From Candidatus Saccharimonadales bacterium (GTDB lineage: Bacteria; Patescibacteriota; Saccharimonadia; Saccharimonadales; SZUA-47): DNA of 60,134 bases. A model generated the notes under the pieces. That model was not told the origin of the DNA. It ran no database searches and saw nothing but the letters and a program-made list of their open reading frames with translations. Made by a program: the position numbers and the translations under genes. Location: the NCBI GenBank assembly GCA_038211855.1, contig JBBQVE010000009.1:1-60134 (forward strand), read 5' to 3'. Positions 18,215 to 25,974 of this stretch are shown piece by piece (within the stretch, counting starts at the first letter, position 1; every line of letters begins with the position of its first letter).

Positions 18215-19522
18215 TTACTTACCGCGAATATCTTTGATAGTGCTCACGAGTCGCGCTGACGATAAGACCTTTTCTTCGCCAGTTTTAAGGTTGCGGAGTT
18301 TGTATTGTTGACTGGCAAGTTCGTCTTCACCAACAAACAATACGTAGTGCACGCCTTTTTTCTCGGCTGTTTTCATCTGTTTATCGAGCTTGCGATTGCC
18401 CATATCTACGGCGCAATTAAGTCCTTCGATGCGAAGCTCTGCGAGCAACGGCTGCACCTTCAAGTACAGATCACCGATCAGGGCAACATAGAGCTCGGTT
18501 TCTGGTTTTTGAGCTGGCAGCAAACCGTGAGTTTCAAGGAACAGTCGCATTGTGACATCGCCCTGACCAAAACCAACCGTCGGGACCGGTTCGACACCGA
18601 ACATACCGACAAGACCGTCATAACGACCACCACCGAACATTGCACGGTTGTTTTCCGGATCTAAATCAGACACTTCAAAAACAATGCCGGTATAGTAGTC
18701 GAACCCGCGCATCAGGCAGATATCAAAACGGGCGTTGGTAATGCCGCTCGCACCAAGGAGACCCATAAGCGTCGTAATTTCGTGAAATGGCTCGCTGTTG
18801 CGCAAGTCATCTGGCAGCGATTCGATGCCATTTCCATCAAGAAGCGTGAGCAATTTAGCAGGAATTCCAGCTTCTCTGAGGGTAGGATTAATAGCCGCCT
18901 CAATCGAAGCTGTGAACTCGGAACGGTCCATCTTCTTCATCTTGTCGATAAGTTTGCTGATAGTGTGCGCCTCAACACTATCGAGTCCAAGATACTCAAG
19001 CAGTACGAAATTAATAAAACGCCGCGAATTTACCTGAATCTCGTACATTGAGCGCTTGGCGCCAAATGCCTGCATGATTGTGTCGGAAACAGAGATAATC
19101 TCATGATCGGCGGCGGTATCGCTCACACCAAAAATATCAACATTAAGCTGCCAATGTTCACGTAAACGACCCCTTTGCGGGCGTTCGTAGCGCAGTAGAT
19201 TCGGAATCGAGTACCAGCGAACCGGATACGCTAGTTCCTGTCGGCGCCCGGCCACCATACGAGAAACCGTCGGTGTCATCTCTGGACGCAGCGCCACACG
19301 GCGGTCGCCCTTGTCAACGAGAGTATACATCTCATTATCAACGATTTCTTGCCCGCTTTTGGCTTCGTATATTTCAGCATACTCTAAAACTGAGGCGCTG
19401 TACTGCTCATAACCATACTGTTCGCATACACGTGCCCACACGCCATATATATAGTTTTGCACGCGCATATCTTCCGGATAAAAGTCGCGCACGCCTTTGT
19501 AAGGTTGTGTAGATAAGCTCAT
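18215..19522 (-). CDS. hisS: histidine--tRNA ligase
   Basis: Class II HisRS similarity (MSLSTQPYKGVRDFYP..., RPEMTP, GGGRYD). I chose the ATG at 19522. The track's 9-codon extension begins at a GTG (19549). Confidence 0.92.
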   Translation of the reverse strand: MSLSTQPYKGVRDFYPEDMRVQNYIYGVWARVCEQYGYEQYSASVLEYAEIYEAKSGQEIVDNEMYTLVDKGDRRVALRPEMTPTVSRMVAGRRQELAYPVRWYSIPNLLRYERPQRGRLREHWQLNVDIFGVSDTAADHEIISVSDTIMQAFGAKRSMYEIQVNSRRFINFVLLEYLGLDSVEAHTISKLIDKMKKMDRSEFTASIEAAINPTLREAGIPAKLLTLLDGNGIESLPDDLRNSEPFHEITTLMGLLGASGITNARFDICLMRGFDYYTGIVFEVSDLDPENNRAMFGGGRYDGLVGMFGVEPVPTVGFGQGDVTMRLFLETHGLLPAQKPETELYVALIGDLYLKVQPLLAELRIEGLNCAVDMGNRKLDKQMKTAEKKGVHYVLFVGEDELASQQYKLRNLKTGEEKVLSSARLVSTIKDIRGK

Positions 19523-19578
19523 TACAAATATTCTATCAGTTCCACGCACGGGCGTTTATTTTTAAATACAATGAATTG

Positions 19579-19662
19579 TGGTGCGCGAGAAAGGACTTGA
19601 ACCTTCACACCTTGCGGCACTAGCTCCTAAGGCTAGCGTGTCTACCATTCCACCACTCGCGC
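19579..19662 (-). tRNA. tRNA-Leu (anticodon TAG), CCA encoded
   Basis: Reverse complement is GCGCGAGTGGTGGAATGGTAGACACGCTAGCCTTAGGAGCTAGTGCCGCAAGGTGTGAAGGTTCAAGTCCTTTCTCGCGCACCA. It has a 7-bp acceptor stem, anticodon loop CTTAGGA, a long variable arm and a TTCAAGT T-loop. Confidence 0.9.
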
Positions 19663-19698
19663 GTTGTATCTTATTCTATAAGAGGTGAGCTCGAAAGT

Positions 19699-20442
19699 CT
19701 ACAGAAGCTGCTGTACTGCTGGATTTTTTTCGGCTGCTACTAGAATCTTATCAGCCCAGATTCTCAACAACCTATCGTTGGGGTGGAGTCGGTCCGCAAA
19801 ATACTTCTTTCCTAAATATTTTCGTGTTAGCCACTCAAGATTTACGTAGACGAAATTGCTATACGTAGCTTTGAGTTCACGAACCTGACGATTAGCACTT
19901 TTATTGCAAATAAAGATTATCAGCCTATGTACGACCGAAAACATACTAAGCTGCCAATAGTCGGCGATTTCGCTAGCGACAACCACAATGCGTTCTTTTT
20001 GAGCGTAGCGAAGGATTGTTTCATAATCATCTCTAACCCGCCGCGGACTCTGGCCGCGAATCACATTATTTGCGCCCATGTAAATGAACAACGCATCGAC
20101 TTTTGGCAATTGTTTGAGTTTAGGCAGCTGCTTCTCAACGACGTCGTAACTCTTTGAACCCTGTTTGGCATAAATATGTATGACCACTTTGTGCTTTTTG
20201 GCAAGTGCTTCCACAAGACTTTGGGCAGGGCCAAATTTAATTTTATTGTTCATGTTGCCATCTATACCTGAATCGCCAAGAAGAACAATGTGTAGTTGCT
20301 TGCCTTTGCCAAGTGCATAAAGTTCCGGTTGATCAACATAGGCAGCATGAAAATCGTGATTAAGACGATAGATTACAATAGCTGAACGAATGAAATCAAG
20401 CACAAGTACTAAGGGAATGAGCCAGAATAATTTCATTATCAA
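19699..20442 (-). CDS. membrane-anchored SGNH/GDSL-family hydrolase
   Basis: N-terminal TM helix, block I LLGDSGIDG and block V DRLHPN. Confidence 0.7.
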   Translation of the reverse strand: MIMKLFWLIPLVLVLDFIRSAIVIYRLNHDFHAAYVDQPELYALGKGKQLHIVLLGDSGIDGNMNNKIKFGPAQSLVEALAKKHKVVIHIYAKQGSKSYDVVEKQLPKLKQLPKVDALFIYMGANNVIRGQSPRRVRDDYETILRYAQKERIVVVASEIADYWQLSMFSVVHRLIIFICNKSANRQVRELKATYSNFVYVNLEWLTRKYLGKKYFADRLHPNDRLLRIWADKILVAAEKNPAVQQLL

Positions 20443-20446
20443 GAGT

Positions 20447-20980
20447 TTAGCTTATTTTTCGATAGAAAAGTAGTTTAGCGTCGCCGTACTCTTTGTCAGC
20501 GATTTCTTCCATGACTTCATTGCGGCGCGGAATATAATCTGATGGCAATGAAAGTATATAGAGGCCATTTGGTTTAACTTGACGATGGAGCTTCTCGAGC
20601 AGCGCGTCGTTTACTTCGTCAAAAGGTGGATCGGCAATTACAATATCGAATAGTTTCGCTTGATTATTGTTGCTCCATGACTTAGCGTTTACCTTTAGGA
20701 GTGTGACCGTCTTTTCCAGATTGAGCGACTTGATATTGCCACTTGCGCACAAAAAAGCTTCTTTGTCGTAGTCAATCGCCAAAACAGACTTCGCGCCCCT
20801 GCTTACCGCCTCAATCGCCACAGCTCCAGTACCCGTAAAAGCATCGAGTACTGTCAAGCCCTCTATATCACCGAGCGCGTTAAAAAGGGCGCCACGAATT
20901 TTTTCACTCATTGGATGCGTGCGGTGGCCCTTGGGGTCGGCCAGGATACGACCTTTTAAAGACCCGGCGATAATTCTCAC
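20447..20980 (-). CDS. rsmD: 16S rRNA (guanine966-N2)-methyltransferase
   Basis: 177 aa with RIIAGSLKGR, LDAFTGTGAVAIEAVSRGA and ADPPF motifs. Confidence 0.85.
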   Translation of the reverse strand: MRIIAGSLKGRILADPKGHRTHPMSEKIRGALFNALGDIEGLTVLDAFTGTGAVAIEAVSRGAKSVLAIDYDKEAFLCASGNIKSLNLEKTVTLLKVNAKSWSNNNQAKLFDIVIADPPFDEVNDALLEKLHRQVKPNGLYILSLPSDYIPRRNEVMEEIADKEYGDAKLLFYRKIS

Positions 20981-21801
20981 TTTTTGCCTTTAAGTAACCC
21001 AGCTTCACGAGCCGCAGAATACCACGCCAAACAGACTGTTTTTATGATGACCGGCGCGAGTTCATTGCGCACCTGACGAACCAATTTTACACTCCAGCCA
21101 CTTGTCAGGAACTGATCATACATATTTAATATGGCAATTTCTTTAGCAGCACGTTCAAACCAGTCGATAAAGCCGATGTCGTTCAGCTTTGCAAGGTTTC
21201 CTTCTGTCGGTACGCCTTTTGGAAACTTTAAAGGAGCCATCATAACGGCTACACCCATTTCAAATGTGACATGCGAACTCAAGACGCCGCCTTTGCCCCA
21301 CATTGCCCAGTTCTTCTTGAGACTGTCACTCATGTTTTCACCAGGTATGATGAGCTTATCTTTGATGGTCGTACGCGTGTCTTTGCCTTCGCCACCCCTA
21401 AGCTCAGCGATTTTTTCTTCGTATGGATAATGATGGGCAGGCGTGAGTCCGTCTACAAGCGCATGGGCCAACCAGGCAGCGTTAAAAGCAGCTTTTTCTT
21501 TGTTATCTTTCTTGAGTTCATTCACAAGCTCAGTATAGTGACGAGTAATATGACCGATTAACACCGTGTTTTTATCGCCAAACGGATCATAAAAGTGCCA
21601 CGGTTCATCTTTGGCTGGACTTTTTCGTTTGATACCATCTGGTCCATTCTTGCCCTCAAAGTGCAGAATCTGACGGATGGTTGGAAAGCCCGTGGCAGGC
21701 TGAGTTATCTTCTTGTAATGAGAATAAGCAACCCGATCAATTTTTTGATGGGCACCGACGATAGAGCCTGAGAAATTAGTAAATGTTGTGCCGCTATACA
21801 T
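20977..21801 (-). CDS. hypothetical protein, possibly zinc-dependent phospholipase C / P1-nuclease-like fold
   Basis: 274 aa with a His/Asp pattern GAHQKID...GPDG...WHFYDP...LAHALVDGLTPAHH resembling Zn_dep_PLPC. Overlaps rsmD by 4 nt. Confidence 0.5.
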   Translation of the reverse strand: MYSGTTFTNFSGSIVGAHQKIDRVAYSHYKKITQPATGFPTIRQILHFEGKNGPDGIKRKSPAKDEPWHFYDPFGDKNTVLIGHITRHYTELVNELKKDNKEKAAFNAAWLAHALVDGLTPAHHYPYEEKIAELRGGEGKDTRTTIKDKLIIPGENMSDSLKKNWAMWGKGGVLSSHVTFEMGVAVMMAPLKFPKGVPTEGNLAKLNDIGFIDWFERAAKEIAILNMYDQFLTSGWSVKLVRQVRNELAPVIIKTVCLAWYSAAREAGLLKGKK

Positions 21802-21804
21802 GTT

Positions 21805-23832
21805 TTAGTTTAAGTTGGTGATGGCGCGAATAGTATTGACGTGCGCTGCTAACTGAGGATATTGTAGCAGGTCTTCACCTCTTGCTAAAAACTCTGCTGC
21901 TGCGTCACGTGCAGCTGCTATCAGATGTGTGTCAGATAATTTGGCTATCCGCAGATCAAGTTCACCTGATTGTGATGTCCCATAAATTGCGCCTGGACCG
22001 CGTAGCTCCAAGTCGAGTTCGGACAGTTTAAAGCCATCGTTGGTGGTCGCAAAAGCCCGCAACCGACTACTAGGTGACTTGGAATCACTCGGCACCACAA
22101 AACAGTAGCCTTGATCATCACTACGCCCGACCCTCCCCCTCAGTTGATGCATTTGCGCCAGACCAAACCTGTCAGCACCCTCGATTACCATCACACTGGC
22201 ATTTGGCACGTCCACACCAACCTCAATAACTGTTGTTGCCACCAAGATCTGCAGTTTTTTTGCCATAAAGGCTTGCATGACTGTATCTTTTTCAGCTGGT
22301 TTCAGTTTGCCGTGCAACAGGCCCACTTGGTACCCAGAAAAGGCTTTTTTGACTATCTCGTACATTTTTTCGGCTGAAGGGGCGGTTAAAACTTCTGATT
22401 CAGAAATAACGGGACAGACGACATAGACTTGCCGGCCTGCTGCGAGCTCTTTCTGAATCATTTTATTCATTGCTGCCCGAGAATTTGGCGAGACTATGGT
22501 CGTTTTGATTATTTTACGTCCGGCCGGCATGGCGGTAATCAGTGAAATGTCAAGTTCGCCGTACAGCGTTAGGGCGAGTGAGCGAGGAATCGGCGTGGCG
22601 GTCATGCTGAGAACGTGCGGCATCCGTTTGGCCTTCCCTTGCAATTTTTTACGTTGTTCGACGCCAAAACGATGCTGCTCATCGATCACCACCAATCCAA
22701 GCCGTTTCATGGCAACTTTTTCTGTGAAGAGTGCGTGGGTGCCGATTGCAAACTGGATTTCACCACTTTTAAGCCGGTCATGCGCCGTCTTTTTTTGGTC
22801 CGGTTTCATGCCGCCGACCAACAAGCCGATTTTTTCGCTCAAACCAAGTGGTTTAAAGAGTTCATACAGTGAAGACGCGTGTTGGCGAGCCAGAATTTCG
22901 GTTGGTGCCATATACGCGACCTGAAAACCCTCGCCCATAGCCATGGCGGCTGCCATCGCTGCCACAACCGTCTTACCCGAGCCGACGTCGCCTTCAATCA
23001 ACCGATTCATTGGCTGTGTGCGCTCCATATCCTGAAAAATTCGCCATAAAACCTGACGCTGCGAATCAGTTAGTTTAAACGGCAAAATACTCACGAACTT
23101 CTTCGCCAACACACCATCAAATGGAATGCTTAAGGCTGTTTCGTGCTCAAATTCTTTTTTGTTAAGCAAGCTCGCCAGCGTAAAGCGAAACACTTCTTCA
23201 AAACCAAGCCGTTTCTTGGCTGCTTCGAGTTCTTGTGGGCTGGCTGGAAAGTGCATCGCGTACAGCGCATCCCCATAACTGATGACGTCGTGCCTCTTAA
23301 GCAACCACTTTGGTAGCGTCTCATGAAGTAGGCCTTCGCTGTCGAAAGCTGCTTTAATAGTTTTTCGAATACTGACTGAGGTTAAACCTTTCGTTTCTCG
23401 ATATATTGGCACAATGCGCGCCGTGTGAAGGGGCAAACTGCTAGCAAGTTCAATCGTTGGATTGATAATACTCATCCGTTGCCGCGATAAGCCGTATTCG
23501 CCAGACAGAAAGTACTGTTCGCCGGCCTTAATGGTACCGGCGCGATACGGTTGATTGAACCAAACGATCTTCACACTCCCCGTCTCGTCGCTCGCCAATG
23601 CCTCTGTAATATGCATGCCACGTCGCACATAACGCCCCTCAGTGTTCGAAAAGTGCACCGATAAAGTGACCGGCCCGGGTCTGACTTGTCGAATCTCGGA
23701 CAGTTCTGAATAATCGTCATAGCGTCGTGGCAGATAACCCATGAGATCGACGGTGGAATGGAGTCCGAGTACCTCGAACTTGTGACCCAAAGCTGGCCCC
23801 ACGCCTTTCAAATATGCTACTGACTTGCTCAT
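21805..23832 (-). CDS. recG: ATP-dependent DNA helicase RecG
   Basis: 675 aa with an N-terminal wedge/OB region and helicase motifs GDVGSGKT, DEQHRFG and QLRGRVGR. Confidence 0.93.
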   Translation of the reverse strand: MSKSVAYLKGVGPALGHKFEVLGLHSTVDLMGYLPRRYDDYSELSEIRQVRPGPVTLSVHFSNTEGRYVRRGMHITEALASDETGSVKIVWFNQPYRAGTIKAGEQYFLSGEYGLSRQRMSIINPTIELASSLPLHTARIVPIYRETKGLTSVSIRKTIKAAFDSEGLLHETLPKWLLKRHDVISYGDALYAMHFPASPQELEAAKKRLGFEEVFRFTLASLLNKKEFEHETALSIPFDGVLAKKFVSILPFKLTDSQRQVLWRIFQDMERTQPMNRLIEGDVGSGKTVVAAMAAAMAMGEGFQVAYMAPTEILARQHASSLYELFKPLGLSEKIGLLVGGMKPDQKKTAHDRLKSGEIQFAIGTHALFTEKVAMKRLGLVVIDEQHRFGVEQRKKLQGKAKRMPHVLSMTATPIPRSLALTLYGELDISLITAMPAGRKIIKTTIVSPNSRAAMNKMIQKELAAGRQVYVVCPVISESEVLTAPSAEKMYEIVKKAFSGYQVGLLHGKLKPAEKDTVMQAFMAKKLQILVATTVIEVGVDVPNASVMVIEGADRFGLAQMHQLRGRVGRSDDQGYCFVVPSDSKSPSSRLRAFATTNDGFKLSELDLELRGPGAIYGTSQSGELDLRIAKLSDTHLIAAARDAAAEFLARGEDLLQYPQLAAHVNTIRAITNLN

Positions 23833-23875
23833 ACCACTCTAGCGTACAGCACCACACTGTACTGCGGAGTTGTGT

Positions 23876-24616
23876 TTATCGCTTTTTCAGCAGGTATACA
23901 GTACTCGGCCCAAAATAACTTTTAGCGAGCGGCACTTGTACGGCTTTTTCGACAGCCAAGAGTGCTCCTTTAGGCAGCAGTTTTTTGAGACGAGGTGATC
24001 GAAGGTTGGAAACAGATAGGACGCGTTCAACCTGCAAACCGGCATGGGCGAGCTGTTTACGCACAGTGTTTGGATTGTGATTTACAAATGGAATATCACT
24101 TTTATGCGTTAGAATGTCGACTGGTTCGTGGGGCATTCGCTTGCCCTTCATAAAATGTTTAACGCGGTTTTTGAAGTTGGCATAGTTGGCGAACTCAATA
24201 AACAGATAGCCACCGGTCTTCAAAACACGGGAAATTTCGGCAAACTCTTCAGTCGGATCCGGTAAGTGATGAATTACGCGGACAACCGTCACTAGATCAA
24301 CGCTCTCGTCTTTGAACGGTAGTGCGTCAGCCTGGGCAAGCACCATATCAATGCCCTTTTTACCCTTCAGGAAGTCTTTAGCTATGTCGAGCTGCTGGCT
24401 GGAAGGCTCGGCAAGCGTTACTTGGTCTGCAAAGTCTTTCAGAACTGGACAAATACGTCCATAACCACCGCCAACGTCAACGGCATGTTTGAAGCGCTTG
24501 CCTTTGAGCATACGGCGGATGGCAATCTCTTCGGCATCATGCTCATATTGGCGGTGGTCCCAGTACTGTAAGTAATTGTGGGTTGGGTCGTTATATTGAT
24601 CGGCTTTTTTGGTCAT
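23876..24616 (-). CDS. class I SAM-dependent methyltransferase
   Basis: 246 aa with motif I VDVGGGYG and a Methyltransf_11-like layout. Confidence 0.75.
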   Translation of the reverse strand: MTKKADQYNDPTHNYLQYWDHRQYEHDAEEIAIRRMLKGKRFKHAVDVGGGYGRICPVLKDFADQVTLAEPSSQQLDIAKDFLKGKKGIDMVLAQADALPFKDESVDLVTVVRVIHHLPDPTEEFAEISRVLKTGGYLFIEFANYANFKNRVKHFMKGKRMPHEPVDILTHKSDIPFVNHNPNTVRKQLAHAGLQVERVLSVSNLRSPRLKKLLPKGALLAVEKAVQVPLAKSYFGPSTVYLLKKR

Positions 24617-24636
24617 AGTGCGATAGTTTACCTTTA

Positions 24637-25881
24637 TTAAGCTAGTTTTACGAGTGCGGTCACGTTTTTACCACGGCGCAGTACGATATAGCCATGAAGC
24701 GTGTCGGCCGCATCCAATGTCGTCTTTTCGCTGGAGAACTGCGATCCATTAATGTAGACAGCGCTGTCTGTCAAAAAACGACGGGCCTCTGTTTTGCTCG
24801 AAGCGAGTCCGGCTGTCACCAAAATGTCAGCAATCTCCGCATTGTTTGCGGCTTCAATAACTGGTAATTCGGTCGCCAACTCTTTGAAATCATCTGCCGT
24901 CAGCTGTGCATAGCCGAGACCGCCAAACAAAGCGTCGGTCGCCCGTTCTACTGCTTTGGTACGTGCTGGTCCGTGCACAAGAGTCGTTACTTCGTGTGCG
25001 AGTGCTTTTTGAGCGCTTCGACTACTTGGGCTCTCACAATGTCCTGCAGTTATTTTGTCAATCACATCTTTCTCAAGCTCGGTATAAATCTTCAGATAAT
25101 CTTCGACGTCCTCATCATCAGAATTAATCCAAAACTGATAAAACTTAAATGGGCTCGTTTTGGTTTCATTCAGCCAGATCGTGCCTTCTTCACTTTTACC
25201 AAATTTACGACCTGTCGATTTATTTATGACGAGATTTAATGTCACGGCATGTACTTCGGCTCCGCGCGTCTTACGAATCAAATCTACCCCGCTCAAACAG
25301 TTGCCCCACTGATCTGAACCACCAAGCTGGAGTGTCACTCCATACGTGTCATAGAGGTACTGATAATCATAGCCTTGAAGTAATGTATAACTGAATTCTG
25401 CGAAACTGATACCAGAACCACCTTCCCCCATTCGTTGTGCGATAAAGTCACGTTGCACAAGGTTTGTCATCGAAAAGTTCTTTCCGACATCACGCAAGAA
25501 ATCAAGAATTTTTACCTCTCTCGTCCAGTCAAGATTGTTTACCATTTTGAATTTTCGACCTGCGAATATCTTCTCAATCTGTTTTCTCGCGCATTCAGTA
25601 TTGTGCGCAATCGTTTCTTCCGTTTGTAGCTGTCTTTCGGCTGTATCTTTTGGATCACCAATCAGACTTGTCGAACCGCCAGTCAGCAGCACTGGGTCGT
25701 AGCCATGTCGAATAAATGTCAATATAAACATCATCGCTGCCAAGTTACCTACCGCTTGAGAATCCGCCGAAGCATCAAACCCCATATAAAATGTACGCTT
25801 TTCACGGTCAAGTTCTTCGCCTGTAGCAAAGGTCATTTGATTGAGAAAGCCGCGCCAGATGAGTTCTTCTGATAATGTCAT
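24637..25881 (-). CDS. tyrS: tyrosine--tRNA ligase (HIGH signature degenerate: AVGN)
   Basis: 414 aa collinear with bacterial TyrRS (GFDASADS.., GGSTSLIGDP, GGSDQWGN, KFGKS, C-terminal S4-like domain). The HLGH position reads AVGN. Confidence 0.92.
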   Translation of the reverse strand: MTLSEELIWRGFLNQMTFATGEELDREKRTFYMGFDASADSQAVGNLAAMMFILTFIRHGYDPVLLTGGSTSLIGDPKDTAERQLQTEETIAHNTECARKQIEKIFAGRKFKMVNNLDWTREVKILDFLRDVGKNFSMTNLVQRDFIAQRMGEGGSGISFAEFSYTLLQGYDYQYLYDTYGVTLQLGGSDQWGNCLSGVDLIRKTRGAEVHAVTLNLVINKSTGRKFGKSEEGTIWLNETKTSPFKFYQFWINSDDEDVEDYLKIYTELEKDVIDKITAGHCESPSSRSAQKALAHEVTTLVHGPARTKAVERATDALFGGLGYAQLTADDFKELATELPVIEAANNAEIADILVTAGLASSKTEARRFLTDSAVYINGSQFSSEKTTLDAADTLHGYIVLRRGKNVTALVKLA

Positions 25882-25933
25882 TCCCCTATCATATCGTATT
25901 TTTACGAGAAATCAGGGCACTAACGCTTTCTTT

Positions 25934-25942
25934 TGCTATAAT
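25934..25942 (+). promoter_or_regulatory. candidate extended -10 promoter element (TGcTATAAT) for the PBP gene
   Basis: TGCTATAAT ends 32 nt upstream of the ATG at 25975. GAAGAGGGA could serve as a Shine-Dalgarno. No good -35. Confidence 0.4.
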
Positions 25943-25974
25943 GTTCGTGATGAAGAGGGACAAAAACACTCACG

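Noticed and set aside
25882-25974. T-box or other riboswitch leader upstream of tyrS (and of hisS at 19523-19578).
   Set aside because: The intergenic regions are under 100 nt, and the one next to hisS is largely occupied by a tRNA gene. That is too short for a T-box, and no specifier or antiterminator features are visible.
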